Positions 25,138-38,219 of a DNA stretch of 64,000 nt are shown piece after piece; position 1 is the first letter of the stretch, and each line of letters starts with the position of its first letter. A model generated the notes under the pieces. That model made no database searches and had not been told where the DNA came from. It worked only from the letters and a program-made list of their open reading frames with translations. The translations under genes and the position numbers were made by a program. Origin of the DNA: Lama guanicoe (Eukaryota); contig MU054187.1 in assembly GCA_013239625.1 (NCBI GenBank), forward strand, positions 13,734,974-13,798,973, in the 5' to 3' direction.

Positions 25138-25360
25138 GCAGTGTGATGTTACAAAAAGAGTCAATGCTCAGAAAAATAAAAAACCTTGCTTTCAGTTTCA
25201 AGACGTGTTATTTAAGCCACTGTGTGATTTTTGAGCCTCAGTCTTCTCATCTGTAAACTGAGGCAAATGATCCTGATTTTGCTGGGTTGTTGTGGGAATA
25301 AGAATTTCTATATGTCTTACATATAATAGGTCTTCAGATAATGAGAGAGCTATGTACTTT
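25138..25360 (+). mobile_element. MIR SINE
   Basis: GAGCCTCAGTCTTCTCATCTGTAAACTGAGG core. Confidence 0.7.
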
Positions 25361-26699
25361 TCCCCAAAATCACCTGGCAAAGAGCCATGAACATACTAAT
25401 TACTCAGAAATGTCTTTCAATTGGATGTATTAATTAATCCCTCAGTACCTGTTTCAATGAATATTTCTGGCAATTAATTCTGTATTTTTCCCTGAAGTAT
25501 TTTGTGGTTTTGAATTTTGTGTCCTTTCACTCAGATTCCAAAGGTCATGCCTCTCAGGGATTAGCATGCTGAGTAAAAGCACATGATTTTTTAAAAATGC
25601 ATCTTTCATTATTTTATGAACTAGCCATCAATCACACCTTTCCCTGTGTTTTGTGAAGGAAGAGGTAATGGTTTTAACATCTTTGACAAGCTTTCTGTGG
25701 CTGCATCTTGATGCCAGGTTGTTTTCTCTTGTTCTCATGACTTTATTGACCGTCTCGCTTAGAATATTTTATTTTGTTCCTGTTGTGCTGTCACTTTTGA
25801 GACAGCCAGTCAGCCTAAGTGTGGTTCACCATAGTGTGTGCCACTCACATTTGCAATAAGAAAGTATTTGCAGCACAAGGCTGGGAGGTAAAGTTAATAG
25901 AAGGAGGCTGTAAAAAGTCGCTTGGGGGAAATGTCAGGAAGAAATGGAATGCCCCATCGCTTCGCTGCCATGCTTGTTAGCAAGCCTGACACAGCACAGC
26001 TGGGACGTGGTGGTAGCAGCAGTGCCCACACGGTCACCTCGCTCATAGGCAGCTGGCTGGTGTCTCAGCTACACTGGGGCCCAGCACAAGACATCATTAG
26101 GAGTTTTGTGGTGGTGACAGCTTTTGGTTTTGTTCTTTGGGCCCATTTGTGTCATTACTACAAATCTGGAAACATGAAGACTTTAAACTATGGGGAACAC
26201 TATTTGCATAGCCTTAAAGAAATTTCTTAGAGGAAGGGAACTATATTTCAAGTGAATCCCATGTGGTCCTATTAGAACAGCTTGTAAGTCATTACTAACA
26301 AAAAGAATGTCTTTCAACAGTTTCATGTTATATACAGACACTAAGAGAGATGTGTTAAGTAGAGTATTTTTTAATGCTTTGAAAACTACTTCCAGAAGAT
26401 TGTGGAAAAGTCTTTATGTCGCACAAACTAATTTACCTGCAGACCAATTTCATTGGAAAGAAGTACTCCAAATGAATCTTTTTTCCAATTTCAACTTGTC
26501 TCTGTCAAGATGTGTGTCTCAATAAAGATGCTAATGATGGCAGGTGAGCATAAAATTATAGACAAGGTAGGAATTAAATGGAATTTATTTTTATAGGAAT
26601 ATAAAAAATCATAATTTTTAAGACTAGCTTTTCAATAGAAACTATAGAGATGTCATATCTTTAATATCTCAAAACAATGAAAGGAACATTAATCCAACA

Positions 26700-27335
26700 A
26701 TTGAAAAAAAGACAAAACATTTGAAGAAAATTTACAAATTAACCAATGTAGTACCAAAGAAATATAAATTGAAATAACCTAATTTTCAAATTGTACAATT
26801 TCAAAGATCAAAAAAAAAAAAAGAAGAAAGAAAGAAGCCTTAATTCTGGTGCAACAAGACAGGACCCCTAGAATAGGTAAAAATTGTTATCATTTTCTGG
26901 AAGACAATTTGGCAGAACAGTTGGTTCACATCATTGACTCTGCAGTTTTAATTCTAGGAATTGGTCCTGAGGAATAATAAGAAATTCTCAGTATTAGGTA
27001 TAAATACTTCTTTCACAGAATTATTATAATAGGAAGAAACTAAAAATAATTATAGAGGAATTACTCAGTATTAGTGACAAATCCATGGACTCATATGCAC
27101 TGTTGATGAATATTTAATGATACATGAACATACTCATAATCCAAGTAAAAAAAACTACAGAATTGTAGATGAAATACTATATATCATTGTATAGAATTTA
27201 TAATGTCTTTAAAGATAGGGAAGGAAACACATCAAAATGTTATGGTTATTTGTGAATGGTGGGATAATGGTGATGTATTATTTTATTATTATTTATCATA
27301 CTAATTATTAATTACTACTTTATAATCAAAAACAA
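26700..27335 (+). mobile_element. Ancient L1ME-like 3' fragment
   Basis: TTTTCTGGAAGACAATTTGGCA...TTCTAGGAATT...GGAAGGAAACACATCAAAATGTT...GGTGGGATAATGGTGAT...TACTTTATAATCAAAAA. Confidence 0.65.
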
Positions 27336-27379
27336 GTGGAACATTAATTTTTTACCACAGAGGCATCTAGAGAGAGGCT

Positions 27380-28150
27380 CTCAGCTCCATAGTCCCTATG
27401 GATTTGGCCCTTTATGAGGCTGTAGACTGGTCAGTTTGCATGAAGGTCTGATAAACCATGGAGGAGAGGTTGTGAATAAACCATCAGGGATGCTCTCCAT
27501 GGAGCAGAGAGGCAGACAGATAGATGTGAATGTCCACGATGTAACTGCTGCAACCTGTGATCCCAGGTGATATAGTAACTCTCCCTAAGGTGGAGCAAGT
27601 TGAGGTGGAAAAGCGTATCCAAGATGAGAGCTGCGTTCTGGGTTCCAAGACATCATTGCTGGGCTGGATGTAGAGAGAGCTGTGATTGGTGTCTGGGAGA
27701 GCAGGCCTGAGGGACCAGTCTTGGGGACTGAGATGGGGTCATACAGCCAAGAGTTCAGTTTTGGCTACAGAAGAGACCAGGGCAAAATCTATTCTAGAAT
27801 GATGGACTGTCCTTGGTGTTGATGGAGGGAGAGAAGGTAAGTAACAGGGTAACTGCCTCAACCTCTGACTGGCCTTTCCTGGGTTCCTTTATGGGTTCCT
27901 TCCAACAGAGTATTTGGGGCAGCAGGGGTAGTGGTAATGCTCACAAGGTGATAAGTGACACTGTCACAAGCGTCAAAGACAGCCAGAGGAACAGCGGCCG
28001 TTAGAGTTAGGAGGGTAGAGTTTGAAGAACATGGATGGGAGCCAACGCAGAGGCTCCTGAGAAGCAGAAGGAAGGAAGGTAGACTTCATAAAGTAGAAGG
28101 GACTGTCATTTCAAGAATATTGCAAGGCACTCCAAGGACCCCTTGTTTCC
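27380..28150 (-). mobile_element. Probable highly decayed L2-class ORF2 remnant
   Basis: Minus strand CCAAAACTGAACTC (KTEL-like L2 RT motif, ~27750-27765) followed by an LGVILD-like decayed segment. Family assignment uncertain. Confidence 0.35.
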
Positions 28151-28711
28151 AAATGCAGCGATTTAGGGAGAGAGGTGAAGGGTTGGAATCTGCCCAGTGT
28201 ATCTACCATTGGAGACTGAGCTAGAGAATTTAATTGTGTTGCTGTTAGAGTGACTTGTTCTTTATTACTGTATTCCTAGGCTGGTGTGTCCTGGCAAAAA
28301 TATTGAAGTGTAAGAATGATGAGGATAAAACACTTAAATCTCTGTGTCTAATAGTAATATAATGAGCAAAAAAATATGATTTTGTGATTCATATTTTATG
28401 ATATGTTTAGAAAATGATCAGTTTTTTTTAAATCCTTAGAGATAGCTATAGAAAATTCACCTTCAGGAAGTTTTGTCACTTCCACATTGCATAATTGGTC
28501 TTAGGAAAAAAGTTTATAAATTAGAAAAGATCCGTAGATACATTTCATATAGGAATGAAGTAGCACATTTGAATACAAACGTGAAATCCTACAAATAAAA
28601 TTGAATTTGTCAAATCTGTTTTAAAGTTCATGTATTTATTTATAAAATTAAAATTACAATTATGAAAGAAAAGTGACTTATTTAGACCGGGTCAGTAAAT
28701 GAAAAGGCAGA

Positions 28712-29590
28712 AATGTATTCATTCATTTATTCATTCATTCATCATTATTAAGAAGCATTTATTGAGCATCTGCTATGTGCCGGGCGTTGTTCGAAGAGCC
28801 AGTTTTTTGATGTAAACTAAGCAGACAAGCTCCTGCTTTAATGGAGCTTATAGGCTCATGGGGGCTAAGAGAAATAACCTGAAAATATTTTCAGATAGTG
28901 ATGAGCCACTCAGGGATCTGAAAGTAGAATGATATGGTAGAGACTTCTGGGTGGTTACTCTAGGTCACGTAGTTGAAGAAAGCCCCTGGGAGAAGGAGCT
29001 AGCCACGTGTATTTTTGCAGTAGGATGGGGTGGCCATTCCCAGTAGAGATGGGGTGACTGGGAATGGGAGGCGAAAGTGAGCGGAGAGCTGGGAAGAGGC
29101 TGAGTAACACAGAGCAGTGTCAGCCAGGGAGTGGTAGCTGGACTTGGTTCTAACCGCAGTGGGCAAACATTAAATGGTGTTAAAGCAGGGATGTGATGAG
29201 ATCTGATTTATACTTTTAATCAATCACTCTGGCTTCTGTGTGGAAGGTGGGCTTTAGGAATGTAAGAGTAGAAGCAGAGAGGATGTTGGGAGACTAAGAA
29301 ATAAGTAAGTGAGGGGTGCTGGTGCCTTGGGTGAGGGTAGTGGATCTGGAGATGGAGAAGTGGAGGATGCAAGTTAGAGATGCCTGCTGGTGTCAGCCTA
29401 GCAGCTGGAGTGTGTGGACAGAAGGAAGGGAGCCAGGAAATACCCCGACGGCACTACTAGCATTGAGAGGTTGAGCGGATAAGAGAAGATAGTCAAGGAG
29501 GCCAATAGAGAACAACAGTTTAAGTGTGGTCTCTCAGAAGATGAGAGAGGGAAGTGTTTCAAAAAGGAAGGGATGAGAGGTCAGTCCAGG
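28712..29590 (-). mobile_element. L2a LINE 3' ~0.9 kb
   Basis: (TTCA)n tail then GCATTTATTGAGCATCTGCTATGTGCCGGGC...ATGGAGCTTATAG...GATCTGATTTATACTTTT...TCACTCTGGCT...GAGATGGAGAAGTGG. Confidence 0.9.
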
Positions 29591-29867
29591 GGCCGGATGG
29601 AAGACACCACTGTGAACATAAACTAGCTCAAGACCAGGAGCCTGCTCTGAGTCTCACAACTTGGCCCATCTAACTTACATTTATCATATAGATGCCAACC
29701 ATCCAAAGATTGTCAAAGGGTGACTGTAAGGAAGACAATACGTACAAACAAGTAGTTTACCTTAACAATCCATAATTTGGTACAATGACATGCAACAGGT
29801 CATTTTCTATGATGGAGGTATAACTTTAAGCAAGAGCGATAGGATGAGAAGCAGGTGAATTGTTTCA

Positions 29868-30010
29868 TGGATTATTAGAATGAAAAGAAATCTCAAAGGT
29901 TATGGTCCAAAACCCCTTTTATCTTCCAGATAAGGAAACTAAGTCCCACAGTGTCTAAGAGAACTCGTTCAAGATTCCATGGCAATCCAAAGCTATAACC
30001 TGCGTCTGTG
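29868..30010 (-). mobile_element. MIR3/MIR fragment
   Basis: CAGATAAGGAAACTAAGTCCCACAG core. Confidence 0.6.
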
Positions 30011-30032
30011 TTTTTTAGGCCAAACAGGTCCT

Positions 30033-30051
30033 ACACACACACACACACACA
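30033..30051. repeat. (CA)n microsatellite
   Basis: ACACACACACACACACACA. Confidence 0.85.
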
Positions 30052-31374
30052 ATTCTCACATGTGCTCACAAGTCCATTCACACATATGATCACAGGGTAT
30101 TAGGTGATAATTATTTGCTTTAAAAGTTATTTAAAAGAGTCATGCTGAAAAATAACAAACTCTCCAGGAGCATTTTTAAAAGTTTATTTGATTTATAAAA
30201 TTTCAGTTAACATTTTTCCAAGAAGTTTCTTTATAAACTGTGTTCCATTTTGCCCTCTTTAAAAAAAAAAACAAAAACTTTTATTCCTTCCAATTAAAAA
30301 ATGTTAGCATAATAGATCACAGGGTTTGTAATCTTATTCTTTTTTCCCCATTAGCTACAAGAGTTTATCTACAATAAGTATTATTAGTATGTTCTTCTGC
30401 CCTTTTATTTGTATTTGAACATAAACTAGAGTAGACAGAGATATAATCAGATTTGTAATGTACTGTAAAATCTGTTCTCAGGCAAAAAGAGCAAGAAAGA
30501 AATATTTAACATTTTATGCTGCTACAATGCCAATTAGGGTCAGTGTAGTATAATTTTATTTGTAGTTCTTGGAAAATCTGTAAAATATTTTAGACCATTG
30601 AGCATTAAGCTCAAGTGTGCATTTATCTCCATCATTTTTCATTATGGTCCTCAGTGGAATAAAGCATTGTCATCTAGATGCACATCTCCAGTGCTGCCGC
30701 ACTGCACTCAGGATAGCATTCACCTAGGACTCCGTGGCCTAGGGGCTGCTGTTTACATGGGTTTACATGGACTGTGTCTACAAGGTGCAGCCCTGGATAT
30801 CTTCTTTTTCCTTATGTAAAGGATCCTGGAAACCTAAAGTAGCTTTTTCTTGCCCCTATTAAAGTACCATAAATTAATAATACCTGAAAAGAATTTGCTG
30901 ACATTTCTAATATTAGGTTTATGATAAGACCACAGGGAAAAATCTGCACATCAATGAACAGAAAAAGATCAGAGCAGGGAGTTGTTGGAGGAAAGAGAAA
31001 AAAAGATGATGACTCTTAAAGCACTTGAAATCGTATCTCTTGAAAAGATGTTGCACTGAAATATAATCCCCTTGGACTCAAGGATTTTACATCTCAAAAT
31101 TCCTGTTTAAATCAGTGGGGGTCTCTTTTTCCAACTGATGTGCTGGGAAACTGAACTCCAAGCCAGGAACAAAGTTTGAAACAGAATCTAGACTTTCAGC
31201 AGTTACTTTATGATGATATGAAGATTTATTTAGTATTCTTTTCTTATTTGTGTTTAGTAAGCATGATTTTTTTTAAAGTGTAGACCTGCAATTTATTTGT
31301 CCCTTCCTGAAATTTTCAAAACAAATCACAGCTAACAAAAGGTTTGTTATTTGATATCTTATTGCATATTTAGT

Positions 31375-31520
31375 AATAATAACACTAATAATAACCAGAA
31401 ATTACACAGCACTTCCCATGTGGAAGGCACCACGCTAAGCACTTTATAAGTGTGTTAATTCAGTAGCCCTCACAACAAACCATGGGATGTAAAGTCTATT
31501 ATTAGCTCATTCTAAAATGT
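31375..31520 (-). mobile_element. MIR fragment
   Basis: AGCACTTCCCATGTG...AGGCACCACGCTAAGCACTTTA...CCTCACAACAAACCATG. Confidence 0.7.
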
Positions 31521-32103
31521 GGGTGAAGAATTAAGTCAGCATTACATTAAAAATAAAATCATCCCAAAGGAAAATGAAGACAAATCAGCAATTAGATTGG
31601 TTAAATTCAGAAGACACATGGTTTACCTAACACAGGATTTTGGTCATTTAAGACAGGCAGCTTGGGTCATGAGGGGATAACGGGGTGTCTTAGGCCAAAT
31701 CCAGTGAGAGCAGATTTGTGAGGAAAATGGTTTTGTCTCAAATCAGTAATGACAGGCTGGCCTTGGGTTTAAGAAACCACCTTTAGAACATTGCTTTCGT
31801 CACTGGTACTGATTAACAGATTTGCTCGAAGAGTCAAGGTGTGTATGTTGAGGTCACTATAAATTCATGGATCTGTCACTTTGTAGGGAGTGTGGAGTAC
31901 TGAAAAAAGGGAGAAATGGATATGCTATGAATCTTAAAACTGAGATAATAGTTTAATTCTCAGAATATTATCAGTGTTTTCTTATAAATTCCTGACAATT
32001 ATGCCCATGCTTAAGCTTAAAACATCATTTTCAAAGTTGATTGCTATTACAAAATAGGTAGCTCTATTAATTTCGCCAATATATTAAGAAAGGTAACTGA
32101 TCT

Positions 32104-32221
32104 AAAGAAATCTCTTAAATATGGAAGGGATCACTGTTTCCAAATGCTACCCTGGGATTAGAAAGAAATCTCTTAACTATGGATGGGGTCGCTCTCTTTC
32201 CAGATGCTATTCTGGGACTAC
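32104..32221. repeat. Two-copy diverged tandem repeat, ~58-60 bp unit
   Basis: AAAGAAATCTCTTAAATATGGAAGGGATCACTGTTTCCAAATGCTACCCTGGGATTAG followed by AAAGAAATCTCTTAACTATGGATGGGGTCGCTCTCTTTCCAGATGCTATTCTGGGACTAC. Confidence 0.9.
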
Positions 32222-35109
32222 AGTTGGGCTCACCACTTTCAAGCTTGCAACTTGTGAGTTTTGGGGACCCTGGAGTATTGAAGTCCCATACCTGATAGGG
32301 ATGTGTGTCCCATAGCTACATTTCCTATGCTATTTTTGTCACAGATAAGTTTATATTGTGTAATATATGATCTTTTAATGATCTATACTTCCTATTACGA
32401 GGAGGGCTCCCTTGCCTTGTGGATTACACATGCCTTGTTGGCAGCATCAGTGGATGCAGAGAGGATTGTGTGGACTTTTGCTTTGCTCTGTGGCACACTG
32501 GCTCTTTACAGTGGACTGTGGAAAGAACACCTTCTACTGTGAATACATATAAAGACCATAGTATAATTCTTTCCATTTCAGCTTTTTGCTTTATATTTGC
32601 TGTGTACAGGTATAGAAGATGCCAGGCCTTATTAGCTCACTCCAATTGGACTTAGTACCTAGGTGGCCTGCTTGCTGCCTGCCTTTGAGAAATCCATTTA
32701 TTTTTTCAGGTCTTCACTTTCCTCACTTGCACATGGGGACAACTGGACTCTGATAAGGATTAAATGATATTAATCAACTAGCTAAAGAATTAATATATGT
32801 TTAAAACTCACTTAATGTTAACTATAATTTAAAGTAGAAAAAAATAATGCCCACTCCCCTATTATTGAGTCCAAATGAAATCTGGCATATAGACCTTAAA
32901 AAACACGATACAAATGTCAGGTACTCTCAACATATCCTAAGCAATGTCATTATCAGCCCCACCTTTCACTTAAAACTCATAATCAATATATTCTGTGGCT
33001 TTTCTCAATTCACAGCTGTTCCAACAACATTAAGTACTAGCACAGAAAGCCTGACTGTTGGCCTGTCCCAGCTTACTTTCCTGACAGATGTGAATTTACT
33101 TGTATCTGTTCAGTGTTCTTGGATTGAAGGATTCAGCAGTGCTGGGTTCTGGGTGGAGAGTGTTCCTTAAGCTGCCCACAAGTGACTCAAGATTCACTAC
33201 ACTGAACTTTTGGTAAACGTCTTGAAAACACACAGAAATAAAACCTTGTTGAAGACTTGCTGGTGAATTTTCAGAATAAGATATCACTTCCAGTTCTTTT
33301 TTGTCATTTCAAACCGATGGAATTTTTTTGCCCTGATTTTCTCGTCCCCGAAGTTTTCTGTCTCTTTTAAGCAAATCATAATCACAGGATATGCTACAGG
33401 AATTAGAAACACGTGCCCCTGAAAATCTGGTTTGAATTCAGGGTCTTCTTAGTGAAGCTCAACACTTTGGAGCAGACAATGCCAGGAAGCCAGACCTCAG
33501 GGTCAAAGTCTAGAACAAGATAAACAGAAGCGGTTGCCTTGGGCGTTGTGGAGGTTGGATGGGCGTCAGGATACTGCTGGATGAAATGATTGATTTTTCC
33601 TGAGGCAAGGATTCTTTCAGTCCTTAGAACTCCTTGGCGTTTTCAAGTTTCTAACTTACTGAGAATTCTTTTTTTTTAAATAAAGTGCAGCATGAAAATA
33701 GCTGGAATGTGCGTGACAGTAGATTTCAGAGTTAGTTTCTCTGTGTTTTAATACTTTTTTTGGAAAATTAAAGAGGATGGTATTGTTAGAAGATACAGTC
33801 CCCCGTTGAAATAACATCTCTATAAAGTGAGTATCACTTTATTCCTGCACACACACAGTTACAGGAAAAAGGCAACTAGACAAGAGCAGATAGAGAACTG
33901 CTCCCTAGTTCCATATGGGCTAATTTGTTTCTGTCCCTCTATATCATTAAAGTGCTTTCCACACCGTGACCAGACAGAGTGAATCTGGATTTAGAAAGAT
34001 AAGCTGAAAATAAAAGTGGAAACAGTGGATTATGAATAGGCAATTATCTTCCCACTGAATTCAATCATAACAAGCAAAAAACAGGCAGTCACATTTGGCC
34101 TCTGCAAAGTTCTTAGGGAATCTGCTACTATGCCTCTGATGACTATGAATCTAATATTCCTCAAAAAAAAGGTTTTAAATACCATTCACACTGTTATCCA
34201 ATATACATTGAGTCACTGACAAACTATGATGATTTGTGTAATGTAGCTATAAAAAATATCGCTAATTAGTCCTATGTTTCTGCAGCATTTGACTTAGAAG
34301 AAAAAAAAAAGAAAAAGAAAATCCCTCTTGTATCGAATCAGCGTTTTGCTCTGTATTGAGATCTGGCCATCTGCGGGGTGTGCCCAGCTGGTGCTACATC
34401 ATGTCTCAGTGTGAGCTGTGCTGCCAGGAGTAAATTGCATCCCATTTTGTCCTGTCCCAGCCATTCCGGGATGCCTGATCCCATATTCACACGTCTGACA
34501 TAGTCACACTCTAATCCTGCTGGGCTTAAACACTGGACTTGTGAGTTGCTGTCCGTTGGCACATCAGATGTTTCATCAGTGGAGTTCCTTTCCTCTTCTG
34601 GTAAATTCTGAACAGTCCACACTGAAAATTCTTCCCCAGAATGAAGTCATGCGGCAGAGTGGTTTCTTGAGCTCTTGCAGTTATGCAGATGAGGTTTAAA
34701 TACGCAGAGATTACGGGTTTAAACTCCCACACTGCCACTGAGATAATGACACCAACTCAAAGCATAAATGTGGACGATCTAATTTTAGTCGGGTGGCGTG
34801 AATTCTCCTGGAGCAATGCTGCCTGTCTTCCTGCTGGGACAGACGGGGAAACGTACCGAGTCACACCATTGATGCAAACTAGTTTTGTTCTTGCAACAGT
34901 GTGTAATGTACAGTCTGCATTAAGCAGCTCTTGTTTCTGGTAACATCACAGCCTCTTCTTCCAGTGCTGTTGATTGGGAAAGAATAGTTCTATTAGATGT
35001 TGATTAAATGCCAAATATGAAGGAGACACCTTCTAATTTATTTCTAATATATTTCTTTGTTTTAGCTCCTGCCATTGAAGGATTTTTAGTGGTGGTGTTC
35101 TAAAGGGTC

Positions 35110-35320
35110 ATTGCATAATGTTATATGAAGGATCAGAGAGGACTTGCGTTTAAGCTCTAGCTCTGCCCTAGTAGCTCTGTGTATGTGGGCAAGGTTCGTA
35201 ACTTTGAAACTTAATTTCCTTTGTTTTTAAATGAATATTCCCTACCTGACCGTATTGTTCTTACAACTAAAGGAGATCACACAGTAAATTAGAGAACTGG
35301 GCACGAAGCAGATACTGGTG
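35110..35320 (+). mobile_element. MIR fragment
   Basis: CTAGCTCTGCCCTAGTAGCTCTGTG...GGGCAAG...AATTTCCTTTG. Confidence 0.55.
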
Positions 35321-35563
35321 TGTGATTTTTGAAGTTATTTGATGTTTGTCCTTGCTCTGTGTTCTGGAGGAAGGGTGTTTATAAGGGTGTGTGCTCTTGT
35401 ATGGCTTTTCCAAGGAGAACTGCTTCAGGGTACGTTAAATCTGTCACCTGCAACTAGGTGCTCAGAGTCTGTCTTCTGTAGGTTCTGTTGTTTCTGAAAC
35501 AAGTTGTTTATTTCTTGAATAATTTCTTGTGCCTACTCCATCCTGACAAAAAAGTTCAGAGGA

Positions 35564-35676
35564 GGGGAGAGGCACACAGCTCAGTGGTAGAGCATGTGCT
35601 TAGCATACATGAGGTCCTGGATTCAATCCTCAGGATCTCCATTTAAAAAAAGAGAGAGAGAGAAATAGAATTAAAA
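35564..35676 (+). mobile_element. tRNA-derived short SINE (camelid vic-1-like) with perfect TSD
   Basis: GGGGAGAGGCACACAGCTCAGTGGTAGAGCATGTGCTTAGCATACATGAGGTCCTGGATTCAATCCTCAGGATCTCCA plus A-rich tail. TSD AAAAAAGTTCAGAGGA at 35548-35563 and 35677-35692. Confidence 0.9.
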
Positions 35677-35817
35677 AAAAAAGTTCAGAGGAGACATGTT
35701 TCCATGGAGACCTGAAGAGATGTCATATTTACTTAGGACCACATAGTGGCACATATCATCTAGGTGATCAAATGCCAAAATACTTTTAAGGTGCCAAAAA
35801 TATCAGAGAAACAGGGC

Positions 35818-36181
35818 AATCTTAGTCAGCTAGGGATGCCATAACAAAATATCAGAGACTGAGTGGCTTAAACAGAAATGTATTTCCTCACAGTTCTGGA
35901 GGCTAGAAGTCTGAGATTGGGTGCCAGCACTGTTGGGTTCTTGTGAGAGCTCTTCCTGGCTTACAAATGTCACCTTCTCACTGAGTCCTCATATGGTAGA
36001 GAGAAAGAGCAAGCTGTCTGGTGTCTCCTCTTACAAGGGCACTAATCCCATCACAAGGACCCCACCCTCGTGACCTCATCTAAGCCCGATTACTCCCAAA
36101 GACCTCATTTCCAAATACCATCACATTGGAGATAGGGCTATAACATATGAATTTTGGAGGGACACAGTTCAGTTCATATCA
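35818..36181 (-). mobile_element. MLT1A0-like solo LTR
   Basis: TCTTAGTC...GCCATAACAAAATA...CTCACAGTTCTGGAGGCTAGAAGTC...AAGGGCACTAATCCCATC...TGACCTCATCTAA...CATATGAATTTTGGAGGGACAC. Confidence 0.9.
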
Positions 36182-36344
36182 GGGACTATGTATTGTCACT
36201 GAAGGCCCCCCACCGCCAGCTGATAGGCATGGCCAGGGAAGCAGCAGCATTCCACAGCCATGGACATAACCTCTTCCCACATGGCATTAGCTATGAGCTG
36301 TCCCTTGGACTCTATATTTGGAGTGTGTAGGTTAAGTATGGCCA

Positions 36345-36560
36345 ATCCAGAAAACAAGAGCATGGAACTCCTTAGAATACCTGAAATTTAGCCCCAGGTC
36401 TGTCTGTTAACTAACTACATGCAGTGCACACATCATTTTTTCCCTCTGAACCTCAGTTCCCTTATCTGTTAAAAGAAAATCATAAGATCTCTTTTGCCTC
36501 TTTTGAAGACTGGTTGTGAGAATCAATTAAGATGTTGTACGTGAAAGCACTTGGTAATCT
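36345..36560 (+). mobile_element. MIR SINE
   Basis: CCTCTGAACCTCAGTTCCCTTATCTGTTAAA...GGTTGTGAGAATCAA...GTGAAAGCACTT. Confidence 0.75.
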
Positions 36561-36681
36561 GGGGTCCTGTTTTGTTTTGTTTTGGTTTTTTAACCTGGCT
36601 TTTCCTGGCTCTGGAACCATAAGTTGAGAGGCTCACCAGGTCCAAGATGGAGCCCAAAACTCACCTTATGCATGAGTCTGG

Positions 36682-36860
36682 GTTTTCAATTGTGGGAGAA
36701 TTACCTAGGGTGCTGGTTTCACACAGAATTTAGGACCCCAGTCTATGAGTTTCTAACTTATCTGGGCCATAGGAGAGCCTAGAACCTTCATTTTCACAAA
36801 CTTGCAGGTGATGGTTTGGATAGAGCTGGTCCTGGGGCCACTCTGTGAAAAATGTTGTTC
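36682..36860. mobile_element. MER5A-like MITE
   Basis: GAATTACCTAGGGTGCT...CATTTTCACAAACTTGCAGGTGATG...GCTGGTCCTGGGGCCACTCTGTGAAAA. Confidence 0.65.
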
Positions 36861-37829
36861 TGTGCTATAAGAGGCCAAACTCTTGAGGATGGGTATGTTT
36901 GGGGGATTAATGAGAAATAATAAAGTAGAGAAGAGGTGTATATTGTCGACTGGGAACTCTGATGCCTGTGTTGTACACTAAAACTTGGAAAGTTTATGAA
37001 AAATTGAGTAAGATTAAAAAAGAGAGATTATCTGATCTATAAATTGGCTTTTCTTTGCCCACATGAGGCAAACTTTTTTTTTAAAGGTGAATGAACACAG
37101 TGAACAGATGAAGAAAGCAGATTCATCCTTGCTAGAGTCTGTCAGCTCACAGCTTCAAGTCTCATAATTTGCTTTACTAAGTTTATAAAGTCAGTGGACA
37201 AAAGATAATTTAAGTTTCAGTCACACAGAAAATAATGTGTTGCTGTTGGAACGTCAGCTACCCTGTGTTGGCTTGTCCCAGTGATTAACTCTCCCTAGTT
37301 CCTGAAACCCAAGGCTATATGTTGACAAGGGTAAAAAAAAGCTTCTCTGAGCTATTTAAAGTGATTCTAATATTTTAAAGTTCTCAACGGACCATCATGT
37401 CAGCCTTTCTCTTCCTTAAATTTTGTATTAAAGGATTCCTTTTGAGTTTATACATTTTGTTGGCATTAAGTGTAGGACCTGCAAGAATTGTCATCTTCTG
37501 TTTCCTGGCCACTGAGACTTTCAGGTGGAAATTTGGAATAGCTATAAAATTAGATCTGGGGTGGAAATATAGCTGTCATTTCCAGAGTAATATGGATTTT
37601 GGTTGTACAAGTGACATGTTTATGAGGAACAGAGGGTAACAACAAAACAATGTCATCAGTGACCTGCTGATGTTAAAAGAGGCTTGCATTGGGCTTTTTT
37701 GACTCCAAAATTTATTGAAATATTTTTAACCAACAAAATCAGGCACATTCCAGTATGTCTCAGTGTAAAATTCTTCAACTCTTAGGGTTTTGTTTTGTTT
37801 TGTTTTCATTCAGGTCTGTATTTAAATAC

Positions 37830-38092
37830 TCAGTGTTGTTCTAAGAGTGTATCACAAACTCCCCCATATAAAGAACTTGTCTCTCTTCCATCATGTTATT
37901 TGTTTTTATTTTCATAGCGTGTAGCATTGCCTGAAATTTTCCTATTTCTTTATCCATTAACTGTCTTCTGCGTCCCACTAGGATGTAAAACTTCTGAGAG
38001 TAGGGATTCTATCTGTCAGGATGACAGCTCTTTCCAGTTCCTAAAGCTGCACCTGGCACAAAGAGAGAAGCTTAAGAAATATTTGCTTATTG
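37830..38092 (+). mobile_element. L2 3' terminus
   Basis: CCCACTAGGATGTAAAACTTCTGAGAGTAGGGATT...CCAGTTCCTAAAGCTGCACCTGGCACA...AAATATTTG. Confidence 0.75.
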
Positions 38093-38219
38093 TCTGGGGT
38101 GGGTTGTAGATATGATGGGCACAGCTTCCTTGGGGCCCTGTGTCCCGCCCTTTGCCCTCCAGAATTCCTTACTCTCTCAGAGTTCTGTGACTTCATACTC
38201 TGGGCCAGGTTTTGGCTCT

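Noticed and set aside
32104..32221. CRISPR-like direct repeats
   Set aside because: Only two adjacent diverged units, no spacers, no cas genes, and a mammalian context.
35564..35641. tRNA gene
   Set aside because: The acceptor stem and B-box are degenerate, and the A-rich tail and TSD show it is a retroposed SINE.
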